Positions 29,519 through 39,165 of a stretch of DNA of 64,000 nt are shown in pieces (positions within the stretch are counted from its first letter, which is position 1; the number at the start of each line of letters is the position of its first letter). The stretch is from Anaeromyxobacteraceae bacterium (GTDB lineage: Bacteria; Myxococcota; Myxococcia; Myxococcales; Anaeromyxobacteraceae), in the NCBI GenBank assembly GCA_032654565.1, contig JAULAX010000005.1, positions 96,001-160,000 on the forward strand. The letters are read 5' to 3'. The translations under genes and the position numbers were made by a program. The notes below the pieces were generated by a model. That model saw only the letters and a list, made by a program, of their open reading frames with translations, ran no database searches and was not told the origin of the DNA.

Positions 29519-31540
29519 TCACCAGGCCTGGTGGAAGGCCAGCCGGGCCTCGACCACGTCGCCGCGCAGCTCGACGCCGAGCCGCAGGGCCTGGTGCTGC
29601 GAGAGGCGCAGCCGCAGGTCGAGCCCGGCCCGGGCCTGCACCGCCTGCTGCGCCACCGACCAGGCGGCGCCGGCGCGCAGCCAGCCCTTCCAGGCGCCGG
29701 CCCCGGCCACCAGCCCCAGCGACGGCTCCACCGAGAGGATGGCCGGCCCGGTCCCCAGGTCGGCGTCGAGCATGGCGTAGGCCACCACCCCGGGCGCCAG
29801 CGCCGCGGCCTTCCCCAGCCCGCCTCGCAGGAACCCCTCGGTCCGCGCCAGGCCCTCGTCGAAGACCCGCCGCACCCCGGCGTGGACCAGCCAGGAGGGC
29901 TGCCACTCCCCGGCCACGCTGGCGCGCGCCGTCGCCAGCCGCCGCACCCGGAGGAGATCGACGCCGTCGAAGAAGGGGTGGCCGCGCTGGTCGAGGCCGG
30001 CGCCGACCGAGACCGCCACCATCTCGTCGTGGTCGGAGGGATCCCGGCCGAGCAGGTCGGCCGCGTAGGGCGACCAGCGCAGCACCGCCACGCCGCGCCC
30101 GGCGCCGTCCATGCCGGCGGCCAGGACCGCCAGCATGGGCGCGGGCTGCTCCGCGGGGGACGGCCGCGGTGGCGGCGGGGGCGGCGGCTCCAGGCTGGGG
30201 GGCAGGCCCAGCCGCTCGGTGAGCAGCCGCACCCGGGCCGCCTGGGTGGCCGGCGACGGGGTGGGCTGCTCGGCGGTGTGGCGGTACTCCGACCAGGCCA
30301 GCAGCGCCTCCACCACCTCGGCGCGGCGCCCCTCCGCGAAGGGGGCGAGGCGGGCCGGCAGCGTGGCCAGGCCGTCGGCGACGGCGGCGTTGGCGGCCTC
30401 GGCCTCGGCCGGCGCGAGCGCCTCGAACCGGTGGAGCAGCGCCCGCTGCGCCGAGGGCAGGTACCGGACCCGCGCCACCAGCCCGGGCACGGCGCCGGCG
30501 TCGAGCACCCGCACCCGGTGGAAGAGCTCCACCGGCGAGTACCAGCCGTGCACCCCCTCCACGAAGGGCTGGCCGGTGGCCAGCTGCAGCAGCTCGGCGA
30601 TGCGGAAGGCGCAGTTCTCGCGCAGGAAGTAGTAGGTGAACTTGCGCCCCACCACCTCCCAGAGGTGGGCCACCAGCAGGGTGCGCTGCCACTCGTCGAG
30701 CCCGAGGTCGTAGGCCCACATGTCGCGGTACTCGGTGCGCGTGTAGACGGCGTCCTGCGTGTAGAAGTACTTGTCGGAGAAGCCGGCCTGGTAGCCGCCG
30801 GTGAGGCCGCGCCACAGGTAGACCGGCACCGGCTCGTCGGGCGGCACCAGGGCGCCGTAGTTGAAGGCCAGGTCGAGCAGCTCGCTGCCGCCGGCCCCGG
30901 TGTCGAGCTTGAGCAGGGCGTGGCCGAACGAGGAGGCCGGGTTGCCGAAGTAGCCGCTCACCAGCAGCAGGCTGACGCCGCGCAGCTGGCCGAGGAGCGC
31001 CCAGCGGTCGAAGCGGGGGCACGGGGCTGCCTCGGCGGCCGCCGGCAGGAGCCCCTGTCGCTGCAGCCAGAAGGCCCGCGCCGGGAAGCGGCAGCGCGCC
31101 TCGGTGTCGGGATCGCCGCCGGCCGGGGCCTGCAGCGCCGCCAGGGTGGCGGCCAGCTCGGCCGCGGGGTCGGCGGCGCCGCCGGGGGCCAGGAAGAAGT
31201 CGGGGGACTTCACCTCGCTGGTGCGCCCGTCGGGAGCGTGGAGCAGGCGCAGCCAGGTGGGGTGGCGCGCCAGGCGGGCCAGCGCCTCCGGCGATGGCGG
31301 CGGCGGCGGCTGCGGCGGGGATGGAGGTAGCGACGGTGGTGGCGTCGGGGCCGGGGCCGATCGGTCCGGCTCGGGTGGCTCGGCGGCGGCCGGTGAGGCC
31401 GCCAGCAGCGACGTGAGCAGGACCAGGCCGGCCGCGGCCCGCGCCCCGGTCCGGCGCCAGGAGGCTCCGATCAAGGGGCGACGCCCCACCCGATGGCCTG
31501 GATGGGGCGCCGCGGTGCTGGCTCCGAAGCGGCGGCGCAT
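29519..31540 (-). CDS. DUF4105 (Lnb N-terminal-like) domain protein with a C-terminal beta-barrel-like region
   Basis: WLRLLH, CRFPAR, PASSFGHALL and YYFLRENCA motifs; C-terminal Trp; start codon uncertain. Confidence 0.8.
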   Translation of the reverse strand: MRRRFGASTAAPHPGHRVGRRPLIGASWRRTGARAAAGLVLLTSLLAASPAAAEPPEPDRSAPAPTPPPSLPPSPPQPPPPPSPEALARLARHPTWLRLLHAPDGRTSEVKSPDFFLAPGGAADPAAELAATLAALQAPAGGDPDTEARCRFPARAFWLQRQGLLPAAAEAAPCPRFDRWALLGQLRGVSLLLVSGYFGNPASSFGHALLKLDTGAGGSELLDLAFNYGALVPPDEPVPVYLWRGLTGGYQAGFSDKYFYTQDAVYTRTEYRDMWAYDLGLDEWQRTLLVAHLWEVVGRKFTYYFLRENCAFRIAELLQLATGQPFVEGVHGWYSPVELFHRVRVLDAGAVPGLVARVRYLPSAQRALLHRFEALAPAEAEAANAAVADGLATLPARLAPFAEGRRAEVVEALLAWSEYRHTAEQPTPSPATQAARVRLLTERLGLPPSLEPPPPPPPRPSPAEQPAPMLAVLAAGMDGAGRGVAVLRWSPYAADLLGRDPSDHDEMVAVSVGAGLDQRGHPFFDGVDLLRVRRLATARASVAGEWQPSWLVHAGVRRVFDEGLARTEGFLRGGLGKAAALAPGVVAYAMLDADLGTGPAILSVEPSLGLVAGAGAWKGWLRAGAAWSVAQQAVQARAGLDLRLRLSQHQALRLGVELRGDVVEARLAFHQAW

Positions 31541-31580
31541 GAGAGGCAGGTCGCCGCCTCGACGTCGCGGGTGGCGACGA

Positions 31581-32078
31581 TCAGCTGTTGGTGCAGACCT
31601 TGGCGAAGTCCGACTGGACCCGGGAGGTGTACAGGTTGAAGAGGCCGGCGGCCTGCTGGTACCCGGTGCGGCTGGCGGCGCCCGGCGCGGCCAGCGACCG
31701 GGACAGGTCGGCGCGGAGCGCCGCGGTGACGGCCGGCTGGGCCGAGGCGCTGCACCCGGAGAGCTCGAGGAGCGCGGCGAGGTGCGGGCCCTGGCCGCGG
31801 GCCAGGTCCTGCTCGAGGCGCGGCGCGGCGTCGTTGATGAAGGCGGCGGTGCGGACCACCACGGTCCGGCAGGTCTCGGGCGACGAGACGTTGGAGCTGA
31901 TGGCGGTGGTGCCGAGGTCCCAGGTGATGTTGGTGATGACCGCGACCACCGGGATGCTGCCGGCGATGAGGCCGCCGAGGCCACACTGCGTGTAGATCTC
32001 GCCGAACTCCCTGGCCTGCGCCGGCGGCGAGGCGATCACGCCCACTGCGAACAGAGCGGCAACGATGAGCTTCCGCAT
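31581..32078 (-). CDS. DUF3015 family exported protein
   Basis: Signal peptide; CGLG, NITWDLGTTAISS, DLARGQGPHL. Confidence 0.75.
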   Translation of the reverse strand: MRKLIVAALFAVGVIASPPAQAREFGEIYTQCGLGGLIAGSIPVVAVITNITWDLGTTAISSNVSSPETCRTVVVRTAAFINDAAPRLEQDLARGQGPHLAALLELSGCSASAQPAVTAALRADLSRSLAAPGAASRTGYQQAAGLFNLYTSRVQSDFAKVCTNS

Positions 32079-32212
32079 GTTGGAACCCCTGGTGACGTCG
32101 TTGGTTGGTGAGGAGGCCTCGCCTCCTTCACGCCGGTAGGGGCCACGTCTGTCCCGCTACGAGGCCCCATTTTCATAGCACGTGCGCGGCGACGCGCACG
32201 CCCGACCGGCAG

Positions 32213-32342
32213 CCCGACCGTGAGTAATTCGTGACCGGGGAGCTCTCTGCCGGCCTGACCGCCGACCTGACCGAGAGTAATCCGCAAACCTCGCCAGCCT
32301 GACCGAGGGTAATCCGCAAACCTGACCGAGGGTTATTCGCAA
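32213..32342 (+). repeat. Cluster of four direct repeats, consensus CCTGACCGAGRGTAATCCGCAAA
   Basis: Copies start at 32213, 32266, 32298 and 32321; same core as the transposase flanks at 4722 and 5961-6015. Confidence 0.85.
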
Positions 32343-32445
32343 TCGAGGAAGATCGAGCACTTGCACCACGACGGTCCCAGATCGGTCGCCCCCAAGAGGC
32401 CACCCCGAATCGGACGCCCAGGTCCGACCACGCCCCCGGAGGGGC

Positions 32446-32868
32446 CTACTCTCCGATGATCTTCACCAGCACCCGCTTCACCCGCCGGCCGTCGAACTCG
32501 CCGTAGAAGATCTGCTCCCAGGGGCCGAAGTCGAGCGCCCCGTCGGTCACCGCCACCACCACCTCGCGCCCCATCACCTGCCGCTTCAGGTGGGCGTCGC
32601 CGTTCTCCTCGCCGGTGGCGTTGTGGCGGTAGGCCTCCGGGCTGGGGTCGAAGGGGGCGAGCCGCTCCAGCCAGGCGGCGTAGTCGCGGTGCAGCCCCGG
32701 CTCGTCGTCGTTGATGAAGACCGAGGCGGTGATGTGCATGGCGTTGATGAGGCAGAGCCCCTCGCGGATGCCGCTCTGCTTCAGCACCGCCTCCACCTTC
32801 GCGGTGATGTTGACGAAGCCCACCCGCTCCGGGGTCTTCATGTCGAGGGTCCAGCGGAACGTCTTCAC
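32446..32868 (-). CDS. yjbQ: YjbQ (UPF0047) family protein
   Basis: [33 protein letters not shown]. Confidence 0.9.
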   Translation of the reverse strand: MKTFRWTLDMKTPERVGFVNITAKVEAVLKQSGIREGLCLINAMHITASVFINDDEPGLHRDYAAWLERLAPFDPSPEAYRHNATGEENGDAHLKRQVMGREVVVAVTDGALDFGPWEQIFYGEFDGRRVKRVLVKIIGE

Positions 32869-32938
32869 GTGGCCTCCTTCGCCTGGGCGGCCCCGACTCT
32901 ACCTCCAGCGGCGCCCCTCCCGGTGCCAGGCGCCCGGC

Positions 32939-34915
32939 TCAGGGCCTGGGCGCGGTGTGGCGCTTCAGGAACTCCACCAGCCGGGCGTACTGCCTGGCCC
33001 GGGCCGCCTCGTCGTAGAAGCCGTGCCCCTCCAGCGGCTCCTCCAGCCACTCGGGCGGGCGGCCCAGCGCGGTGAGCGCCTCGCGGAGCTTCTCGGCGTG
33101 GACGATGGGAACGCGCTTGTCCTTGCCGCCGTGGATGAGCAGGACCGGGACCTTGATCAGGTCGGCGTGGAAGACCGGGGAGGCGGCCTTGAGCGCCGCC
33201 TCGTCCTCACCGACCGTGGTGCGGACGAAACCGCGGGCCCGACCGGAGGTGACCATGTCGTCGTTGTGCTCCAGCCGGGTCAGGTCGTAGACGCCGGCGA
33301 AGCCGACGGCGCAGCGGAACAGCCCGGGCGCCAGGCTCACCGCCTGCAGCGCCGCGTAGCCGCCGAAGCTCCCGCCATAGGTGCACATGCGGGCCCCGTC
33401 GACCTTCTCCTTCTTCACCAGCCAGCGGGTGGCGTCGAGCAGGTCCTCGATCATCCGGTCGCCCCAGTGCCGGTAGCCGGCCTCCTGGTAGGCCTCGCCG
33501 TAGCCGCCCGAGCCCCGGAAGTTGACCTGCAGCACCGCGAACCCATCGCTGGCGAGGAGCTGCACCTCCGGGTTGAAGCCCCAGCGGTCGCGGACGCCGA
33601 AGGGGCCGCCGTGCGGCAGCACCACCAGCGGCGGCTTGACCCCGGCCGGGAGGCCGGACGGGTAGGTGACGTAGCCGTGGATGGGCTGGCCGTCGGAGGC
33701 CTTGATGTGGAAGGCGGTCATCTCCGCCATCTGCTCCGGCTTGATCCACGGCCGGTTCTCCAGGAGCGGCTCGGCGGAGCGCCTGGCCACGTCCACCAGC
33801 AGGAACCGGCCCGGGTCGCGGTCGCCGTAGACGTGGGCGATGGCCAGACGGTCGTCCTCGGTTCGCGAGACCAGGTCGACGTGGAGCCCCGGGTGGGCGT
33901 CGAGCAGGCCGGCCAGGACCTGGACCAGCGGATGCGCGGGCTCGAGGAGCTGCCAGTCGGGCAGGTCGGGCTGCGACTCCACCGCCAGGACGCGCCCGGT
34001 GACCCGGTCGCGCAGGATCCGGCTCGGGGTCGCCAGCGTGGTGGTGGCGACCACCTTCCGCTCACCCGAGTCGATGGAGACTGAGTTGATGCTGAAGCCA
34101 CCCGCAACCGGATCCATCACCTCGAGCGTCCGGTCGGAGGCTCGGTAGTGCCACGGCCGGCTCGCCGGGGTCAGGCCGGGGAGAGAGCTGACAGGACGCC
34201 AGGCGTGCTGGTCGTCGCGGAAGAGAATCCTCGGCTTGGCATCCTCGCCCGGCGACCAAGCGATGCGCGGCTCACCCGCCTCGTCGGTCAGGTAGCTCGA
34301 GTTGGGCAGCGGGCTCTCGGCCACCTCGGTCTTGGACGCGTTGTAGATGTCGAGCTTGACCAGGCGGATTCGGGCATCACCGACCTCACCCCACTGCCTG
34401 ACACCGATGAGGATCCGGCGGTCGTCGTGGCGCAGCGGGTCCACCACCCAAGCCGAAGCCCGCTCCTCGTCGGCCCCTGGGTGATGCCTCCGCACGTCGG
34501 TGCCGAAGATGTTGTCGCAGGTCGCGCCCTCCGGATTGACCGCCATGAGCTCTCCGAAGGAGGCCGGAGCGGCCAGGGGGCCGCTGATCCTCCACAAGCC
34601 GGCCACCACCCGCTCGTCGTTGGCCCAGTTGAACTGACCGACCATGGTCTTGGCGTCGGGGGCCAGCCGGCCGGTCATCTTCCGATCGGCCAGCCGGATG
34701 AAGGAGAGGGAGCGCTTGCCGCCCTCGACCGAGACCACCGCCAGCCAGGTCCCCTTGGGCGAGAGCTGGGCATCCACGAACCGGGCGTGGCTGGTGAAGC
34801 GGGCCGGGCCGGTGGGGTCAGGAGGCGGAGCGACCTTCTCGGCGGCGCGGGGGACGGGCCCGGCCAGGGCGAGGGAGGCGGCGACGAGCGCGAGGCGGCT
34901 GAACCAGCGGCGCAT
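32939..34915 (-). CDS. S9 family (prolyl oligopeptidase-like) exported peptidase
   Basis: Signal peptide; PHGGP, NFRGS, GGSFGGY nucleophile, D.RV and EGHGF triad motifs. Confidence 0.92.
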   Translation of the reverse strand: MRRWFSRLALVAASLALAGPVPRAAEKVAPPPDPTGPARFTSHARFVDAQLSPKGTWLAVVSVEGGKRSLSFIRLADRKMTGRLAPDAKTMVGQFNWANDERVVAGLWRISGPLAAPASFGELMAVNPEGATCDNIFGTDVRRHHPGADEERASAWVVDPLRHDDRRILIGVRQWGEVGDARIRLVKLDIYNASKTEVAESPLPNSSYLTDEAGEPRIAWSPGEDAKPRILFRDDQHAWRPVSSLPGLTPASRPWHYRASDRTLEVMDPVAGGFSINSVSIDSGERKVVATTTLATPSRILRDRVTGRVLAVESQPDLPDWQLLEPAHPLVQVLAGLLDAHPGLHVDLVSRTEDDRLAIAHVYGDRDPGRFLLVDVARRSAEPLLENRPWIKPEQMAEMTAFHIKASDGQPIHGYVTYPSGLPAGVKPPLVVLPHGGPFGVRDRWGFNPEVQLLASDGFAVLQVNFRGSGGYGEAYQEAGYRHWGDRMIEDLLDATRWLVKKEKVDGARMCTYGGSFGGYAALQAVSLAPGLFRCAVGFAGVYDLTRLEHNDDMVTSGRARGFVRTTVGEDEAALKAASPVFHADLIKVPVLLIHGGKDKRVPIVHAEKLREALTALGRPPEWLEEPLEGHGFYDEAARARQYARLVEFLKRHTAPRP

Positions 34916-35038
34916 GGGGGCTCCTGACGGAGAGCGGGCTCCAACGGGGGGTCCTCCCCCATAGCGCGAAATCGCCGGACCGACCCAGAGTAATGAGCGC
35001 TGGCGCGCGACCCCTCCCGGAGTCATGCGAGCGCGCGA

Positions 35039-35518
35039 TCAGGGCATGACGATGATCTTCGGGTCGATGACCGGGCACTGCTCCGTGTAGACGTTGAAGA
35101 CGTAGATCTTGGGATTGGTGGCGCTGGCCGGGATGCCCGGGTCGATGGTCCCCGTCAGCTCCCCGTCGGTCGCCTCGAGGCAGGCCCTGCCGAAGGGGTC
35201 GAAGCAGATCCTGAAGTGGAGATCCTTCTTGGGGGGCGTCCCCGGACCCGGCACCGCGACGAAGCGCACGCTCTGGCCGGTCTTGGCCTTCAAGCAGTCC
35301 GGGATGGGGGTGCCGCCCATGTCGCACTGGGACGCGGCGTCCGAGACGACGGGGGCGCCCGGGCACGACACGCTCGGGGAGTTCAACCTGAAGGGGATGT
35401 TGAAGGTGTACGGACCGGGGCGTGCCGCGCTCATGCTCCTGGTGCAGCCGGCACCGACCAGGGCGAGGAACACGGCGGCGGCGAGTCCGAACGACAGGAT
35501 GTGGCGACGTGGCTTCAT
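35039..35518 (-). CDS. Hypothetical lipoprotein with a C-terminal DPxI motif
   Basis: AGGAGG RBS; ATG overlaps the kinase stop (ATGA); signal peptide ending AGC; six further Cys; ends VIDPKIIVMP. Confidence 0.75.
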   Translation of the reverse strand: MKPRRHILSFGLAAAVFLALVGAGCTRSMSAARPGPYTFNIPFRLNSPSVSCPGAPVVSDAASQCDMGGTPIPDCLKAKTGQSVRFVAVPGPGTPPKKDLHFRICFDPFGRACLEATDGELTGTIDPGIPASATNPKIYVFNVYTEQCPVIDPKIIVMP

Positions 35519-38229
35519 GGGCGTCCTCCTGCTGGCTGTGTGACTACGGGTGAATTCGACTGGCTGGCCGTTCCCGTCGGCGGGGAGCCCGCCTCGCCCC
35601 TCGCCAGCGCCTCGAAGCGTGGCAGGCCCCGCAGCCTGGCCAGCCCGGCGTCGCCGGCCAGGAGCCGCCGCTGGTAGCCCAGCGCCACGGCCCGCTCCAG
35701 CGCAGCCAGCGCCTCGTCGGGGGCGCCGAGCTCCAGGCCCACCAGCGCGGCGTTGTACTGGACGTTGAGGTTGCCCTCGGCGCGGTCCAGCGATTCGTCG
35801 CGCAGCTGGCGGGCCCGGTCGCGGTGGCCCAGCCTGGCCTGGTAGCGCGCCAGGTCGGAGCGGGTCTCGTCGTCGTCCCGGTTGATGGCCAGCGCCCGCT
35901 CCGCCAGCGTGGCGGCGCGGCGGTAGGCCTCGGCGGCCTCGGTGCGCCGGCCGGGGGCGAAGGTGAGCGCGTCGCCCAGGTTGCCCCAGAGGACGTGGTC
36001 GTCCGGGGTCAGCGCCGCGGCGCGCCGGAACATGGTGGCCGCCTCCTCGTAGCGCCCCAGGTAGAAGGCGGCCGAGCCCAGGTTGGAGAGGGCGCCGTGC
36101 GTCGGGCCGAGCTGGAGCGAGGTCCTCAGGTCGGCGGCCGCTCCCTCGAAGTCGCCGGCCAGGTAGCGGGCCGCGCCCAGGTTGCTGTAGGCCCCCGGGC
36201 TGGAGGGCGCGCGCGCCACCACCTCGGCGTAGGCGACCACGGCCTCCTGGTGACGCCCGGCCTTGAAGAGGAAGCGGCCGAGCTCCCGCACCACCCGCCA
36301 GTCGGTCGGGTCGGCCAGCCGCGCCTTCCCGAAGCTGGCCTCCGCCGCCGCGGACTTGTTGAGGGCCTCCTGGGCCCGCGCCAGGCCCATCAGCGCCAGC
36401 GCGGGGTTGGTGGCCAGGCCTGCGGCCTGCGTGAACTCGCGCTCGGCCCGCACCGCGTCGCCGGAGGCGAGGTGCAGGCTGCCGATGGCCTCGCGGACGG
36501 CGACCGCCTGCGGCTCCCGGTCCAGCGCCAGCTGGCAGGCCTGCTCGGCCTCCTGGTAGGCGGAGGCGGCCCGGGTCAGCTCGTAGCGGGCCAGCCAGGC
36601 GTCGCACAGGCCGGCGAAGGCCACGGCGAACCGGCCGTCGGAGGCGATGGCCTGCCCGAAGAGCCGGGTGGCCTCCTCCAGCGTCCCCACCGTGACCGGC
36701 CGGCGCAGCGCCGCCCGCCCGCGCAGGTAGAGGTCGTAGGCCACCAGGCTGGCCGGCGGGGTGCGCTCCAGCTCCCGCCGCGAGGTGTTGGAGAGCACCA
36801 GCTCCAGCGCCCCCACCACCTGGCGGGCGATGTCCTCCTGGATGGCGAAGACCTCGGCCAGACGCCGGTCGTAGATCTGCGACCAGAGCTGGAAGCCGGT
36901 GCGGGCGTCCACCAGCTCGGCGGTGATCCGCAGCCGATCCCGCTCGCGGCGGACGCTCCCCTCCAGCACCACGTCGACGCCGAGCCGCTGGGCCACCTCG
37001 GCGGCGTTGGCCTTGCTCCCCTTGAGCGCGAAGGTGGCGGACCCGGCGGCCACGTGGAGCTCGCGCACCCGCGTCAGCAGGTGGAGGATCTCCTCGGTGA
37101 GCCCGTCGCTGAAGTAGTCGTTGTCGGCGCTGTCGCTCAGGTTGTGGAACGGGAACACGGCGATGGCCCGGAGCCCCTTCGCCTGGGCCTTGGGCGCGGC
37201 GCGCAGCGCCGCCGCCACGGCCAGGGCCACCGCCAGCACCACGCCGGCGAGGAGCAGCCACCCGGCCGGCCGCCGGAAGAGGCGCGAGCGGACCCTCGCC
37301 GGGGCCGTCGCCTTGCGCTCCTCCTCCAGCGCCGCCAGCACCTCCCGCGCGTCGCGCGGCCGCCGATCGGGCGCCTTCTCCAGCATCCGGCGGACCAGCC
37401 TGGCCAGGCCGGGCGCCTCCGGCACGGTGAGGAGCGGCGCGGGCCGGGCCGAGCGGGCCGCCTCGCCGTGCTCGTCGTCGGGGAAGGGGAGCTGGCCGCT
37501 GAGGGCCTGGAAGAGCAGCACGCCGAGCGCGTAGACGTCGGTCCGCTCGTCCTCGCTCTCCCCCCGCCACTGCTCCGGCGCCATGAAGCCCGGGGTGCCC
37601 CCGGAGATCCGCGGCCGCCCGAAGGCGTGCGACATGCCGAAGTCGAGCAGCTTCACCTGGCCGTCCTGGCAGAGGAAGACGTTGGAGGGCTTCAGGTCGC
37701 GGTGGATCACGCCGTGGGCGTGGGCGTGACCCATGGCGCTGGCGATCTCGGCCCCCAGCCTCACCGCCTCCTGCACCGGCAGCAGCCCGCTGGCCAGCCG
37801 CTGGTCGAGCGTCTCGCCGCGCAGCAGCTCGAAGATCAGGTAGGGCCCGTAGTCGCAGCGCCCCACGTCGTAGAGCGTCACCAGGTTGGGGTGGGAGAGC
37901 TGGGCGATGGCGTCGGCCTCCACCTTGAGCTGGGTCTCGCCCCGCTCGACCTGGCCCGGCCGCACCAGCTTGAACGCCACCGAGCGCGGCAGCTCGCGGT
38001 CGCGGGCCTCGTAGACCACGCCGAAGCCGCCCCGGCCGATCTCGCGCACCAGCTCGAACCGGCCGATGACGGTGCCCGGCTCCGGCAGCAGCCCCCAGCT
38101 CGGTCCGGTGTCGGCGGCCGGGGCCGCCGCGAGCCGCACCAGCAGGGCCGACAGCGCGCCCGGCGCCAGGCCGGCGGTGTCGTGCTGGTCGGGCGGCAGC
38201 GAGCCGCCAAGCTCGTCCGGTGCAGGCAC
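35515..38229 (-). CDS. Ser/Thr kinase with TM helix, TolB-N-like domain and TPR repeats
   Basis: GRGGFG, HRDLKPSN, DFG, APE; IAVFPFHNLS...YFSDGLTEEI; multiple TPR repeats. Confidence 0.92.
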   Translation of the reverse strand: MPAPDELGGSLPPDQHDTAGLAPGALSALLVRLAAAPAADTGPSWGLLPEPGTVIGRFELVREIGRGGFGVVYEARDRELPRSVAFKLVRPGQVERGETQLKVEADAIAQLSHPNLVTLYDVGRCDYGPYLIFELLRGETLDQRLASGLLPVQEAVRLGAEIASAMGHAHAHGVIHRDLKPSNVFLCQDGQVKLLDFGMSHAFGRPRISGGTPGFMAPEQWRGESEDERTDVYALGVLLFQALSGQLPFPDDEHGEAARSARPAPLLTVPEAPGLARLVRRMLEKAPDRRPRDAREVLAALEEERKATAPARVRSRLFRRPAGWLLLAGVVLAVALAVAAALRAAPKAQAKGLRAIAVFPFHNLSDSADNDYFSDGLTEEILHLLTRVRELHVAAGSATFALKGSKANAAEVAQRLGVDVVLEGSVRRERDRLRITAELVDARTGFQLWSQIYDRRLAEVFAIQEDIARQVVGALELVLSNTSRRELERTPPASLVAYDLYLRGRAALRRPVTVGTLEEATRLFGQAIASDGRFAVAFAGLCDAWLARYELTRAASAYQEAEQACQLALDREPQAVAVREAIGSLHLASGDAVRAEREFTQAAGLATNPALALMGLARAQEALNKSAAAEASFGKARLADPTDWRVVRELGRFLFKAGRHQEAVVAYAEVVARAPSSPGAYSNLGAARYLAGDFEGAAADLRTSLQLGPTHGALSNLGSAAFYLGRYEEAATMFRRAAALTPDDHVLWGNLGDALTFAPGRRTEAAEAYRRAATLAERALAINRDDDETRSDLARYQARLGHRDRARQLRDESLDRAEGNLNVQYNAALVGLELGAPDEALAALERAVALGYQRRLLAGDAGLARLRGLPRFEALARGEAGSPPTGTASQSNSPVVTQPAGGRP

Positions 38230-38309
38230 GGCGCAGTCCCCGGGGAACAGGTGAGTGCAAAGCCTACATCACCCTGCCCCAGCGTCCTAGGAGCGGCCGG
38301 CGCGGGCGC

Positions 38310-39149
38310 TCAGCGATGGCCCCAGGTCTTCTCCCCCGCCTCGATCCGGACCGGCAGCACGTTCCGGGGCAGCGGCAGCGGGCAGGTGGCGTAGGGCGTG
38401 AAGGCGCAGGGCGGGTTGGTGGCGCGGTTGAAGTCGAGCACCACCGTGCCGTCCCTCGGCGCGGCCGCCGTGAGGAAGCGGCCGGCGCCATAGGTCTCGC
38501 GGGGCGCCGTCTGGTCCCTGAAGACGAAGAAGAGCTCCTCGCCGTCCAGCGTCGGCTCGAGCGCGTACTCCTTCCCGGCCACCGTGAACCAGGCCCGCCC
38601 CGGCGCCCGCTCGCGGGTGGGGATGCCGACCACGCTCGGCACCTCCACCTCCCGCGGCGTGGCGTAGGGCTCCCAGCGGGCCACCACCCGCCAGCGCAGG
38701 TCGACGGGGAAGGCGTCGACGCCGGTGAAGGCCTTGCGCTCGGCGCGCTCGGCGTCCCAGACCCGCAGCGCCAGCCTGCCGCCCCGGTCGATCACCTGGG
38801 CCGCGCGGCTCCCCACCTCGATCCGGTCCGCCTTCCCCTCGCGGTCGGAGGCCAGCACCCGCGAGGTCAGCGGCGCGCCGCCCAGCGTCCAGCCGTCGGC
38901 CGCCGCCGCGGCCAGCGTCACCTTCCCGCCCGCCACCGTGAAGCCTCCCGGCAGCCCGGCGATCCGGTTCTCGCCCTCCTTCAGCCAGTGCAGTCCGGAG
39001 AGCGCCAGCCAGCCCTGCGGCCGCTGCAGGCCGGCCAGCCGCTTCCCGTGCCACGCCCGCCACTCGGCCTCGAAGGCGGCGGGGGTCGGCGCCGGAGGGA
39101 CGGCGGCCAGGAGCAGCGCCGAGGCGAGCAGCAGGTCGAGGGCGAGCAT
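38310..39149 (-). CDS. DUF1684 family protein
   Basis: GWLALSGLHWL, TYGAGRFL, LDFNRATNPPCAFTPYATCPLP. Confidence 0.88.
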   Translation of the reverse strand: MLALDLLLASALLLAAVPPAPTPAAFEAEWRAWHGKRLAGLQRPQGWLALSGLHWLKEGENRIAGLPGGFTVAGGKVTLAAAAADGWTLGGAPLTSRVLASDREGKADRIEVGSRAAQVIDRGGRLALRVWDAERAERKAFTGVDAFPVDLRWRVVARWEPYATPREVEVPSVVGIPTRERAPGRAWFTVAGKEYALEPTLDGEELFFVFRDQTAPRETYGAGRFLTAAAPRDGTVVLDFNRATNPPCAFTPYATCPLPLPRNVLPVRIEAGEKTWGHR

Positions 39150-39165
39150 GCCGGGAATCTAGCGC

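Noticed and set aside
32213..32342. Repeat cluster as a CRISPR array
   Set aside because: Repeats are degenerate and irregularly spaced, two copies abut with no spacer, and no cas genes are present.
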